Shown here: piece after piece, positions 37,263-49,810 of the stretch
Layout of the letters: the number at the start of each line of letters is the position of its first letter
How positions within the stretch are numbered: the first letter of the stretch is position 1
NCBI RefSeq assembly: GCF_004010195.1
Contig: NC_057721.1
Coordinates: forward strand, 7,121,244-7,185,243
Reading direction: 5' to 3'
DNA from: Chiloscyllium plagiosum
Taxonomy: Eukaryota
Length of the DNA: 64,000 nucleotides
Notes under the pieces: generated by a model
What the model was told of the DNA's origin: nothing
Seen by the model: only the letters and a program-made list of their open reading frames with translations
Databases searched by the model: none
Position numbers and translations under genes: made by a program

Positions 37263-37570
37263 GATTAGATTAGATTAGATTACTTACAGTGTGGAAACAG
37301 GCCCTTCGGCCCAACAAGTCCACACCGACCCGCCGAAGCGCAACCCACCCATACCCCTACAACCTAACACTACGGGCAATTTAGCACGGCCAATTCACCT
37401 GACCCGCACATCTTTGTGATGTGGGAGGAAACCGGAGCACCCGGAGGAAACCCACGCAGACACGGGGAGAATGTGCAAACTCCACACAGTCAGTCGCCTG
37501 AGTCGGGAATTGAACCCGGGTCTCTGGCGCTGTGAGGCAGCAGTGCTAACCACTGTGCCACCGTGCTGCC
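37263..37570 (-). mobile_element. Young HE1-like SINE inserted into a PLE terminus (~37205-37600)
   Basis: GGCAGCACGGTGGCACAGTGGTTAGCACTGCTGCCTCACAGCGCCAGAGACCCGGGTTCAATTCC head, CpGs retained, (ATCTA)n tail. Confidence 0.9.
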
Positions 37571-37671
37571 TAAGGTTTCAAGTGTAGATGACTCATGGGA
37601 GCTGAAGTGAAGTGTGAAGCCGGCGGGGGTGGGGGAGAGGGGGTGCAGCATTTATGCAATAGTGGATGGGG

Positions 37672-39680
37672 TTGACAGCCATGGCTAACAAAGGAAGTCA
37701 GGAAATGTATCATAGAAAAAGAGAGAGCCTATAAAGTGGCCAAGAGCACTGCAAAATCAGAAGATTGGGAAGACTGCAAAACCAAACAAAGGACAACAAA
37801 GAGAAAAGTAAGGAAAGAGAGGATCAAATATGAAGGTAGGCTAGCCGGTAATATTAGAAATGATAGTAAAAGTGTCTTTCAATACATAACAAACAAACAA
37901 GAGGCAAAAGTAGAAATTGGGCCACTCCAAATTCATGCAGGAAGGCTCATGATGGGAGATAAGGAAATAGCTGAAGAACTTAATAAATACTTTGTGTCAG
38001 CCTTCACAGTGGAAGACATGAGTACTATCCCAACAATTAAGGAAAGTCAAGGGGCAGAGTTGAGTATGGTAGCCATTACAAAAGAGAAAGTGCTAGAAAA
38101 GCTAAAAGGTCTAAAAATTGATAAATCTCCTGGCCCGAATGGGCTACGTCCTAGAGTTCTGAGGGAGGTGGCTGAGGAAATAGCAGAAGCATTTGTTGTG
38201 ATCTTTCAAAAATCACTGGAGTCAGGGAAAGTCCCAGATGATTGGAAAATCGCTGTTGTAACCCCCTTGTTCAAGAAAGGATCAAGACAAAAGATGGAAA
38301 ATTATAGGCCAATTAGCCTAACCTTAGTTGTAGGTAAAATTCTAGAATCCATCGCGAAGGATGAGATTTCTAAATTCTTGGAGGTGCCTCATCAGACTAG
38401 AATAAGTCAGCATGGATTTCGTAAGGGGAGGTCATGCCTGACAAATCTGTTAGAATTCTTTGAAGAGGTAACAAGTAGGTTAAACCAGGGAAATCCAGTG
38501 GATGTTATCTGCCTAGATTTCCAAAAGGCCTTTGATAACGTGCCTCACGGAGGCTGCTGAGTAAGGTGAGGGCCCATGATGTTCGAGGTGAGCTACTGGC
38601 ACGGATTGAGGATTGGCTGTCTGACAGAAGGCAGAGTGTTGGGATAAAAGATTCTTTTTTGGAATGGTAGCTAGTGACAAGTGGTGTCCCACAGGGTTCA
38701 GTGTTGGGGCTGCAGCTGTTCACTTTATATATTAATGATCTGAATGGGGGTACTGGGTGCATTCTGGTGAAGTTCACCGATGATACGAAGGCAGGTAGTT
38801 CTGAGGAGGTGGGGAGGCTGCAGAAAGTTTTAGACGGTTTAGGAGAGTGGTCCAAGAAATGGCTGACAAAATTCAATGTGAGCAAATGCGAGGTCTTGCA
38901 CTTTGGAAAAATGAATATAAGAATAGACTATTTTCTAAACAGTGAGAAAATTCAGAAAGCCAAAGTACAAAGGGATCTGGGAGTGCTAGTCCAGGATTCT
39001 CTAAAGGTTGACTTGCAGGTTGAGTCCGTGGTTAAGAAAGCAAATGTAATGTTGTCATTTATCTCAAGAGGGTTGGAATGTAAAAGCAGCGAGCAATGTG
39101 CTACTGAGACTTTATAAAGCTCTAGTTATGCCCCAATAGGAATATTATGTCCAATTCTGGGCCCCATGCCTCAGGAAGGACATATTGGCACTGGAGCGTG
39201 TCCAGCAGAGATTCGCATGGATGATCCCTGGAATGGTAGGCCTAACATACGATGAATAGCTGAGGATCCTGCGATTGTATTCATTAGAGTTTAGAAGGTT
39301 GAGGGGTGATCTAATAGAAACTTACAAGATAATGCATAGCTTAGAAAGGGTGGATGCTGGGAATTTGTTTTCGTTGGGCAGGGAGACTAGGACCCATGGG
39401 CACAGCCTTAGAATTAGAGGGGGTCAATTTAGAATGGAAATGAGGAGACATTTCTTCACCCAGAGAGTGGTGGGCCTGTGGCATTCATTGCCACGGAGCG
39501 CAGTGGAGGCTGAGTCGTTAAATGTTTTCAAGGCAGAGATTAATGAATTCTTCATCTTGCAAGGAATTAAGGGCTGCGGGAGAGTGTAGGTAAGTGGATT
39601 GAAATGCCCATCAGCCATGATTAAATGGTGAGTGGTCTTAATGGGCCGAATGGCCTTACTTCCACTCTTATGGTCTTATT
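37672..39680 (+). mobile_element. ~2-kb 5'-truncated CR1/HER1 LINE (RT region to 3' end)
   Basis: 274-aa ORF with KSPGPNGL, NYRPISLT, QHGFRKGRSCLTNL and LDFQKAFD. Frameshifted continuation GVPQGSVLG..KFTDDTK and YSLEFRRLRGDLIETYKI. Tail ends at ~39680. Confidence 0.92.
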
Positions 39681-39689
39681 ACCACTGCA

Positions 39690-40640
39690 GCACGAAAGCG
39701 CAGTTCCAGAGTCTTGCAGATTATCACCTTCACGTTCCAGGATCCCACATGCCCTTCGAGCCCCCACTGGACAAATGGGGAGGGGAAGGGGTGAACCTTT
39801 CTTTGGCCCGGGGCATACCCTCTAGAGACGGTGGGGGGTGTTGCTTCCCCCGCCCTGGTGGCGGGGCCATCCCCACCGCTGTAGGGGGCGGGGCGCGGAG
39901 CGGAGCTCGGACCTTTTTCGCGAAGGCGGTCGGATTTGTGTTTGGGAACTGCGTCAGGCGGCTGATTTCCAGTCACGGCCCGCAGTGAAGTGGGCGGATT
40001 TCGCGTGGACCGAGCAGAGCTGCGAGATCTGTGCTGCTGGGCTTCGCTGGCGCCATGGTGAAAGTCTCCTTTAACTCGTCGTTGAGTCAGAAGGAGCCCA
40101 AGAAGGAAGAGAACAACGAGGCGCTCATCGTCCCCGACAAGGTGCGTTTCCCAGGGAAAGGGAGGGAGGGATGGATTGTCCGTTGTTTGCAGGCAATTCC
40201 CGGGCCTTGGAGGGAGAGTCCGGGCGGTGTTTTGGATCCGGGCTTTCGCTTTCCATTTTGTGAGCCGGAGTGTAGCCTTCGGAGGCCGGAAACTAACTGT
40301 TCGCCTTTCGGTGCGCCACCCGCCCCTGGGGTCACCGTCCCCGTTCTCGTGTGTGCGGAGTCAGGACTTGGACCGTTCGCTGTAAAATGGCTGACGGTGT
40401 GGCTGGGCCTGGGCCTGGGCCTGTCCTGCCTTACCCTGACCCCGTCCCCCTCCTCCCTGTGGAGGAAGCAGCGGCGTCACCCGGGGGGGGGGAACTGCAC
40501 GCACACTCGGCGATCACCAAGTGCCTTGTCTCCGGGGCAGCCAAGCTTCTGTTTTTGGTGTGAAGGAAATCCGATCTGGATGTGGCGAATGTTTCCTCAG
40601 TAGGCGGGGTGCTACTGGAGAGAGAGAGAAAAATCACTTA
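39690..40640 (+). promoter_or_regulatory. CpG-island promoter of ITM2B
   Basis: GC/CpG-rich island spanning exon 1; Sp1 box GGGGCGGGGC at 39885-39894; further GC boxes at 39847-39867; CRE-like TGCGTCA at ~39950; Kozak GCCATGG. Confidence 0.75.
40055..40141 (+). CDS. ITM2B: ITM2B (BRI2) exon 1
   Basis: MVKVSFNSSLSQKEPKKEENNEALIVPDK; GTGCGT donor at 40142. Confidence 0.94.
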
Positions 40641-41479
40641 ATCTCATGGCAGGAAATTGCTGAACGCGCTTACAACTTTCAGATTCAGCACCAATCTTCT
40701 ATGTCACTGTTGGAATACTTTGGGATCGGGGAAAACAAGGACAGGACAGATTAGCAATTAAGATTTCTGATGAACTGAATTTTAAAAAAAGATCCAATTT
40801 GAAATGGATTAGCTGCGAAGACCATGAATTAGATCTCTTTAAGTGGCAGAAAATATAACAATGAAAAAGTTAAATTGCTGTTAGCTATCCAGTAAGCGCT
40901 TGCACTTCAAACCAAAAATGCGAACTCGACTCTTCCTCCTTTTCTGGTTGTTATTTCAACGAAGATATTTAAAGATTCTGCTTAGTTTCTAAAAGCAACC
41001 CCCTGCAAATTTCATTGCACCTTCGTAGATTTGGCAATCTTTTGATTTTTCATAATGCAGGAGGCACACAAAGAAAGTAGTCCCATAGAAGGACTCCTGG
41101 TTTTGTTTTTGATAGACTTTCCTCTTTTCATGATAGATACAGGCAATCTTGTCGACAATTGATCTTTGACTCTCAGATTGTTAAAGAGCAGGAATGTTAA
41201 GACAAAGGAACCTTGCTAAACCCCACAGTCCTGTTCCCATAACTTGAGCAATGCAAATGAACATAGCCTGTTCTCAAATACAGTACCTGTAAACTATCAA
41301 ATGTGAAAAATATAGGTACTTGAAAATCTTTTTATTGATGTTTTCAAACATCTTTTGAGAATTGCAAGAAAAATTTAAGCTGCTCATCCCACCCCCAAAC
41401 TGACTGTTTTTACTGACTTTCAGTTTAATGTGGAATATTCTTTCAGAGTACTTACAGCATGTCTCCTCAAGATATTTAG

Positions 41480-41646
41480 GAGTTAGAGGTGCTGGTGTTG
41501 GACTGAGGTGTACAAAGTTAATCACACAACACTAATTTATAGTCCAGTAGGTTTATTTGGAAGCACTAGCTTTCGGAGCACTACTCCTCATCAGCACTAC
41601 TCCACAACTATCTGATGAGGAGCAATGCTTTGAAAGCTAGTGCTTC
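41480..41646. mobile_element. Fold-back PLE family A insertion with back-to-back hammerhead cores and a 12-bp TSD
   Basis: CAAGATATTTAG at 41468-41479 and 41647-41658. CUGAUGA cores at 41588-41594 (-) and 41612-41618 (+) are each followed by stem II and GAAAGCUA. Confidence 0.85.
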
Positions 41647-42136
41647 CAAGATATTTAGAGAGGCCATTGTAATACAAGGTGTGAATACCTCGCCACCATT
41701 CCAGCAATACAGGAATTCACATCTATCTGATAGCTTGACTTTAATAGCCTGTCTTTTCACAATTTAAGCTAGATTTAAAAACTGATTTCCAAAATAAAAA
41801 TGGTTTTGTATGTATTTGGAATGCAATGGTGATCAAAGGTTTGTCAAATGATTTTTAAAAATGGCTTTTTGAATAAGGAGAGGTGGAAGCTTTATGGACG
41901 GAATCCCAGAATGAGAGATTTAGGTGTTCTTCTCGCTGATAGTCACTGGGTTTGCTGTACAGTTTGGAGTGTTTCCCTTTAGAATACTACTTCCAAGACA
42001 CTACACACAATCACTGTGAAATCTTGGTACACGAGGTTTTAAGAAATATATTAAAGGAGGGTAGAGGGATGAAGAGTTTGGAGGATGGAATGACAGTGCT
42101 TATGACCTTGACACAGCCACAAAAAAGCAAGAGATT

Positions 42137-42890
42137 TAAGGTTGTAAATTTGCTCGCTGAGCTTGTAGGTTTGTTCTTGGATGTTTTGTCACCATGCTAG
42201 GTAACATTATCAGTGAGCCTCTGGTGAAGTGCTGGTGTTCTGCCCTGCTTTCTATTAATGTGGCTTGGTCTGTTAAGGTGAGTGATGTCATTTCTGGTTC
42301 TTTTTCTCAGAGGTTGTTAAATGGAGAAACCAGCACAGCAGATGCTGAAGATTAGTGTTGAGAGAGTGGTGCTGGGAAAGCATAATAGGTCAGGCAGCAT
42401 TCAAGGAGCAGGAGAATCAACATCTCGAGCATAAGTCCTTCATCAGGAGTCCAAATTGATGTGATTATTGATGGAGTTCTGGTTTGAATGCTAGGCCTCT
42501 CAGAATTCCAGAGTATGTCTCACATGTAACACACAGGCGAAGGAGGATGCCACTTTGACTGGGATAACACATCCATTCTAGGACAGGCTAAACAGAGACA
42601 CACATGGAAATTCCTAGAGGCCTGGCATTCAAACCGGAACTCCATCGATAAACTCACTGATTTACCCATTTACCAACCACTGAGGAAAAGAACTGGAAAT
42701 GATATCACCCACCTTAACAGACCAAGCCACATAAGTAGAAAGTGGGACAGAACACCAGAGCTTCAAAGGCGGCTCACCTGATGATGTTACCTAGCATGGT
42801 GACAAAATGTCCGAGAACAAACCTACCAGCTCAGCGAGCAAACTTATAACATGAACCTCAACTTGAGCTACAAATCTTCTGAAAAATCAC
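42137..42890. mobile_element. Fold-back PLE family C insertion with a nested family B copy (~42323-42449)
   Basis: The + part encodes HFDWDNTSILGQAKQRHTWKFLEAWHSNRNSID (GIY-YIG end). Arms are ~42140-42510 vs ~42605-42850. Decayed hammerhead CUGAUGA-U-GUUACC..GGUGAC-AAAAUGUC at 42778. TSD AAGCAAG(A/T)GATT at 42125 and 42891. Confidence 0.8.
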
Positions 42891-43294
42891 AAGCAAGTGA
42901 TTAAATATGGGGATTCACGGGAATTCCCACTTTGAATGTCTTGGAGTTTTATGTAGCCAGAGGATATTATAGTAATGGGAAGGATTTGGTAGAAGTTGGA
43001 TAAAGTTTAAAATAAACAACATAAGTTTATGTTTGGAGGGTCAGGAGACTATGTAAATCCACAAGGATAGGTGATTGGTCATATTCTAAAATACTTAAAA
43101 ACTCACTGACTATGATATGCATTATATCGATGTCACATCAAGTCCCACTACCTGATGTACGTTTTGCTGTGTTTTGTGTCCAATAACTTGAAGCATGCTA
43201 TTGACAATTTGCCAGAAATGTCGCTGACACTGTAATCTGGTCTCAGGATTATTAGTAACGCTATGGGAGTTTTGTGATGATAATTGGTAGGTTT

Positions 43295-43567
43295 TAGATT
43301 AGATTACTTAGTGTGGAAACAGGCCCTTCGGCCCAACAAGTCCACACCGACCTGCCGAAACGCAATCCACCCATACCCCTTACCTCACACTATGGGCAAT
43401 TTAGCATGGCCAATTCACCTGACCTTTGGACTGTGGGACGAAACCAGAGCACCTGGAGGAAACCCACGCAGACACTGGGAGAATGTGCAAACTCCACAGT
43501 CAGTGGCCTGAGTTGGGAATTGAACCTGGGTCTCTAGCGCTGTGAGGCAGCAGTGACTGTGCCGCCC
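43295..43567 (-). mobile_element. HE1-like SINE
   Basis: Same head, core and (ATCTA)n tail as the 37263 copy. Confidence 0.85.
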
Positions 43568-45079
43568 TTGGACTTTCATTTCCAAGTCCTGTCATACCAC
43601 TGAATGATATTAGGGTAGTGTTGCATAATGAAGTGCTTCTGTTGAATGCTGTTAATTGGACATGAAACATAATCAGCAACAGCTGTATGAATTCCAGTTA
43701 TAACATCAATCTTGAAGTTCTTTATGTTTATGTAACTAGACTGCACTGCAGAGATTTCTGCATCTTTGAAACCTGAGACAACACTTACATGTATTGTATA
43801 ATTAAAATATTCGACAATATTTTACATATTCTAAAAATTGTGTTGGAGCGTACAGCCCAGACTTGCCCAGAACACTTTTTCATATGAGGAGGTACAAAGA
43901 AGTTTGAAAATTGAGAACATTTTCACTTAGAGCAAAAAGTATAAGGTGGATTTCATAAATTGTCTATTAACAACAATTGGGACCGTGATCTATCTTGACT
44001 GTTCCATTCTCCCTAAATTCTGACAGGTGTACAATATTTGACATCCAACATTGGACAATCAGAAAATTCCTAAATATTTGGAAATCTGAAGCCATGAGAA
44101 CATGTTCACCTCAAACTCTAGCTGGTGAATCCATCACTTTCTCTTTTCTAGTCTAAACCTTAGCCACACTAATAGTCATATTTGACCCTGGGGTTAGCTT
44201 TCAACCACATGATGTAATGTTGCCTGTGTCCAGCTCACCTTCAGTTATTTCTGACTCGAGATCTGACAGTTTTGTTTGCAAATTCCAGTCCAGCCTCCTT
44301 TGTCCTACTCTGTGTAAACTTGAGGTGTGTTTCCTGGATTCATTTAAAGAGTTGGATAGAGCTCTCAAGTGGAATCAAGGGTTATGGAGATAAGGCAGGA
44401 ACAGGATACTGATTAAGGATGATCAGCCAAGATCATATTGAATGGTGGTGCAGGCTCGAAGGGCAGAATGGCCTACTCCTGCACCTATTGTCTATTAATG
44501 TCCACCAAATGTCCTTGCCATCAATCTGTGCTAACTCAGCTGACTCACAATGAATGCATCTTTTTAAAACACTTTTTTTTGTTTTCAAACCAGGCTGAGA
44601 AAAGGTCATTTCAACCTTTTCCTTTAGTTCAATCTCTCTAATCCTGGCATCATCCTTGTAAATCTTTTCTGAGCCCCTTCAAGTTTAACAACATCTTTCC
44701 TATAGACCTCCAAACAAACAACTTTGACTAAATTTTTGATCCATCTGCAATAATATTCCCTTATGTGGCATGGTCCATTCTGTTCCGTTGTGTATTTTGG
44801 GATGCTTGTGTTTAAAACTATGAATTAGTGATGCAGATTTTTTTGTTGGAAAATAAATACATTGGCTTTATACGTTTGGACCAAGGCTGTAAAATTAAAT
44901 GATGCTTATTTCCATCTGTGCAATATTGGCAAGCTCACCCTGTCGTACTGTTTTCCTTCCTCAGTCGAAGCAAAACTATCAGGCACAGTATAGTTTTACC
45001 TCCTCCATGTTTATTCCGGGCCTTGGAGGGAGAGAGAATGATCGCCCGTGTGCACAAAGACATGAGTTCACTGTCTTTT

Positions 45080-45403
45080 TAGATTAGATTAGATTACTTA
45101 CAGTGTGGAAACAGGCCCTTCGGCCCAACAAGTCCACACCGACCCGCCGAAGCGTAACCCACCCAGACCCATTCTCCTACATTTACCCCTTCACCTAACA
45201 CTACGGGCAATTTAGCATGGCCAATTCACCTAACCCCTGCACATTTTTGGATTGTGGGAGGAAACCGGAGCACCCGGAGGAAACCCACGCAGACACGGGG
45301 AGAATGTGCAAACTCCACACAGAGAGTCGCCTGAGGCGGGAATTGAACCCGGGTCTCTGGCGCTGTGAAGCAGCAGTGCTAACCACTGTGCTACCGTGCC
45401 GCC
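45080..45403 (-). mobile_element. Young HE1-like SINE
   Basis: Full length: GGGCGGCACGGTAGCACAGTGGTTAGC head, GGTTCAATTCC B-box and tail. Confidence 0.9.
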
Positions 45404-46264
45404 CATAACAGCAGTTTATCAATGAATTCTTTTCTGCTTTTCTGGAACAGCAGTTTATCAATGAATTAAATAGTCATTTTTACAGCAACATACATATTAA
45501 TTGGGTGACCATTGGAATCAATTAGTATCAATAGCAGAGACCAAGCCCTTTACTGTTATAAGATGAATGTTTTTAACCTTGTTAACTGGATTCATACAGT
45601 GGATACTTTTCTTCTTGTTAGCTGACCTTGCATATTGAATGCTTCCAAAATTGTTAAATGGCTCTACATAATGAATGCTTTTCCACCTTGTTAACCTATT
45701 CCCCTTGACTCCAGCACCCCATTGTTAACTGTAAGTTCTTCTCTGATCTGAGTCATGCTCGGCTGAATCTCTTGTTTCACAAAACTCAGAACGGTTTCAT
45801 TGCCTGCTTATACCCTATACATGCTCAACCCAGCCCAATTCACCTGACTAGAACCAAAATCCTCCTGAATGTTTCTCCCAATTCCAGGCTCTTTGTTGGT
45901 TTTCATTCCTTAAACCTGTTTTCTGAACTTCTCAGCTTGCTCTTTATTCATTCCATGATAATCTGTAGTCCTGAATTTAATTTTTTGCCTCCTGATATTG
46001 TTCTGCAGCCCCTGGCCTCTTAAACAATTCCAGCCATACATTCCTGTTCTGTGCACACACTTGCTGTTCAACTCCCTTGCTCCAATGTGAATTACTTCAC
46101 TTTATTTAAAGCAATCTATTTACTAATCCCAGACTTTCAACTAAATTTTTGGTAATTTCCCTGCATTCTCATTTTGTCTTTGTGCCTGTTCCTTAACTTA
46201 GATATTCTGTGTGGAAATTGATCTATTGGGGCAAACTTCCCAATTATAAAGATGATTAATTGAG

Positions 46265-46550
46265 TTTAGATTAGATTCCCTACAGTGTGGTAACAGGTCC
46301 TTCGGTCCAACCAGTCCACACCGACCCTCCGAAGAGTAACCCACCCAGACCCATTTCCCTCTGACTAATGCATCTAACACTACGGGCAACTTAGCATGGC
46401 CAATTCACCTAACCTGCACATTTTTGGACTGTGGAAGGAAACCGGAGCACCCGGAGGAAACCCACGCACATACAGGGAGAACGTGCAAACTCCACACAGG
46501 CAGTCACCTGAGGCTGGGATCCTGGTGCTGTGAGGCTGCAGTGCTAGCTA
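46265..46550 (-). mobile_element. HE1-like SINE
   Basis: Tail and core present; head partly deleted. Confidence 0.85.
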
Positions 46551-46740
46551 CCCATCGAACCCAAAAGTCTGTCCACTGGCTGACTGCAGCCCGTGCCTCC
46601 CCCCCCCAGAGGTCAACCTGGTGTCGGGTAAAAATAGATTTTGAAAAGCAAACTTGCTTTTTTGTTAGGCCTCTTTTTAGACATGTTAACTGGGTGCTTG
46701 TCAGAAGACAATCATGACCTCAAATTGCTGAAAATGATTC

Positions 46741-46890
46741 AATAAATCAGAAGTTGCTGGAAATGCACAGCAGATTTGGAACCATCTGTGAAGAGGAATC
46801 AAAAGTTAACATTTTGGGTCTGGTGACCCTTGCTCAGAGGACCCAAAGAATGAACTTTGTTATATAGCATCTGCAGTTCTTTCAGTTTTT
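46741..46890. mobile_element. Decayed fold-back PLE family D insertion
   Basis: CAGAAGTTGCTGGAAA..AGTTAACATTTTGGGTCTGGTGACCCTTGCTCAG, then forward tail AGCATCTGCAGTTCTTTCAGTTTTT. Confidence 0.7.
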
Positions 46891-47344
46891 ATCACCCAAA
46901 TAAAGCCTAGTTTCATGTCTACCACATGGGGAGAGATGCAATGTTGTGCATAAACTATTATCTCAGTTTTCATTGAGCAGATTCCTTCTAGTGATTTAAA
47001 CCAATGTGTTTAGTATCCAGACAATTTGAAGTCTTGTTTTGTACTTTGGAGTCGTGAATAAATCAATAATATTGAATTGGACATCTTTGAGTTCAATTCA
47101 GTACTGTTTCTCATCAAATATCCAATTTAATTTAAATGTTCCCAGATTTGTGGTTTAAACTATCTGATTAATTTACAATTAAACAATATACAATCAAAAT
47201 GTATATCATTGGTAAAAGCAAGTCATATTCACTTCAGTTAAGGGCAACTGATACATTAAGAAATTGAGTTCTCTGCAGATTTACAACGTCATTAACACTT
47301 GTTTTGATACCATACTGAACCAGCCCTTTTCTCTTAATACACAG

Positions 47345-47482
47345 GATCCAGAGGATGTTGTTGTTGTTCCGTTTCGACGCCAGTCTCGTGTTTGGTGCTG
47401 GTGCATGTGTCTTGGACTAGCTCTCATGCTGTCTGGTGTGGTGGTTGGTGGTGCATATCTCTACAGATATTTTATCTTGCAG
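47345..47482 (+). CDS. ITM2B: ITM2B exon 2 (transmembrane segment)
   Basis: DPEDVVVVPFRRQSRVWCWCMCLGLALMLSGVVVGGAYLYRYFILQ; CAG acceptor, GTAGGA donor; 138 bp. Confidence 0.96.
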
Positions 47483-47584
47483 GTAGGAGCGTGCCAAATA
47501 AACTGATTTTAAATGTAAGCTGAAATAAAAGTACTGTAAGATGCAGTGATGACCGTATCCATGTATTAGTTACATTTACAATAG

Positions 47585-49810
47585 TGTAGAATCCCTGGAG
47601 TGTGGAAATAGGCCCTTCGGCCCAACAAGTCCACACCAACCCTCTGAAGAGTAACCCACCCAGACCCATGCCCCAACTCTATTATTTTACACATGCACCT
47701 GACTAATGCACCTAATCCACATATCCCTGAACACTATGGGCAATTTAGCATGGACGGTTCACCTGACCTGCACATCTTTGGATTGTGGGAGGAAACGGGA
47801 ACACCTGGAGGAAACCAACGCAGACACTGGGAGAATGTGCAAACTCCATGCAGACAGTCAGAGATGTACAACATAGAAACAGACCCTTTGGTCGGTATTG
47901 ATGAGTTGGACCAGATATCCCATCCTAAACTAGTCTCATTTGCCACCGTTTGGCCCATATCCTTCACAACCCTTCCTAATCATATACCCATCCAGATGCC
48001 TTTTAAATGCTGCAATTGTACTGCCATTTCCTCTGGTATTTCATACACTACCCTCTGCGTGAAAAAGTTGCCCCTTAGGGCCCTTTTGTATCTTTCCCCT
48101 TTGACCCTAAACCCTCGCCCTCTAGTTCTGGGCTCCCCACTCTCACCTCAGGGAAAAGATCTTGTCTATTTATCTTACCCATGCCCCTCATGATTTATAA
48201 ACCTCTCAACCTCTGACTCTCCAGGGAAAACAGCCTCCAACCCTGGCAACATCCTTGGTAAATTTTTTCTGAGCCCTTTCAAGTTTCACAACATCCTTCC
48301 GATAGGAGGGAGACTAGAATTGCATGCAATATTCCAAAAGTGGCCTGACCAATGTCCTATACAGTTGCAACATGGCCTCCCAGCTCCTTCACGCAATGCT
48401 CTGATGAATAAAGGAAAGCATACCAAATACTTTCATCACTATCCTATCTGCCTGTGACTCCAGTTTCAAGGAGCTATGAACCTGCACTCCAAGGTCTCTT
48501 TGTTCAGCAATACTCCCTAGGACCTTACCATTAAGTGTATAAGTCCTGCTAAGATTTGTCTTCCCAAAATGCAGCAACTCGCTTTAGCTAAATTAAACTT
48601 CATCTGCCACTCCTCAGCCCATTAGCCCATCTGATCAAGATGCTGTTGTAACCTGAAGTAACCTCCTTTGCTGTCCACTACACCTCCAATTTTGGTGTAA
48701 TCTGCAAACTTATTAACTGTACCTCTGCTCACATCCAAATCACTTATATAAATGATGAAAAGTAGTGAACCCAGCACCAAACCTTGTGGCACTCCACTGG
48801 TTTCAGGCCTCCAGTCTGAAAAACAACCCTTCCACCACCACCCTCTGTCTTCTACCTTTGAGCCAGTTGTGTATCCAAATGGCTAGTTCTCCCTGTATTC
48901 TGACAGATCTAATCTTGCTCCCAGCGGGAACCTTGTCGAATGCCTTACTGAATTCTATATAGATCATGTCTATCGCTTTGCCCTCATGAATTCTTTGTTA
49001 CTTCAAAAAAAAATCAGTCAAATTCGTGAGACATGATTTCCCATGCGCAAAGCCATGTTGACTATCCTTAATCAGTCCTTGCCTTTCCAAATACATGTAA
49101 ATTCTGTCCCTCAGGATTCCCTCCAACAACTTGTCCACCACTGACGTCAGGCTCACTGGTCTATACTTCCCTGGCTTATACTTACCACCTTTCTTAAATA
49201 GTGGCACCACGTTAGTCAACTTCTAGCCTCTGGCACCTCACCTGTGACTATTGATGATACAAATATCTCAGCAAACAATCATTTCCTTAGCTTCCCACTA
49301 GGTTCTAGGGTATACCTGATCAGGTCCTGGGAATTTATTCACTTTTTTGTGTTTGAAGACATCCAGCATCACCACCTCTGTAATATAGACATTTTTCAAG
49401 ATAGATCTAAATCCCTACATTCTACAGAAGATATCCATGTCCTTCTCCACAGTAAACACTGATGCAAATTACTCGTTTAGTATCTTCCCCACGTCCTGCG
49501 GCTCCACACAAAGGCTGCCTTGCTGATCTGTGAGGGGTCTAGTTCTCTCCCTAGTTACCCTTTTGTCCTTAATGTATTTGTAAAAACCCTTTGGATTCTC
49601 TTTAACCCTATTTGCCAAAACTATGTCATGTCCCCTTTTTGCCCTCCTGATTTCCCAGTTAAGTATACTCCGACTGCCTTTGTACTCTTCTAAGGATTCA
49701 CCTTATCTATCCTGTCTATACCTGACATGTGCTTTCGCCCAAGGTTGGAATCAAACCCATGTCCCTGGTGCTGTGAGGCAGCAGTGCTAACCACTAAGCT
49801 ACTGTGCTGC
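47585..49810 (-). mobile_element. HE1-like SINE split by a ~1.87-kb CR1 LINE (~47860-49730)
   Basis: SINE 3' part is 47585-47860 and the 5' head is 49735-49810. The interposed CR1 has NVVPLFKKG..KYRPVSLTS..QHGFAHGKSCLTNL and QRDLGVQVH. Confidence 0.88.

Noticed and set aside
37490-37570. tRNA-like sequences with A and B boxes (also ~45330-45403 and others)
   Set aside because: They are SINE heads continuous with the SINE core and tail, not tRNA genes.
40031-40603. 190-aa ORF at the ITM2B start
   Set aside because: Only 40055-40141 is ITM2B-like; the rest is read-through into GC-rich intron 1 past the GT donor.
45407-45467. 22-bp direct repeat AACAGCAGTTTATCAATGAATT, plus short repeats near 11248, 31615 and G/C homopolymers at 50527 and 55376
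   Set aside because: These are ordinary slippage or micro-duplication events with no sign of function.
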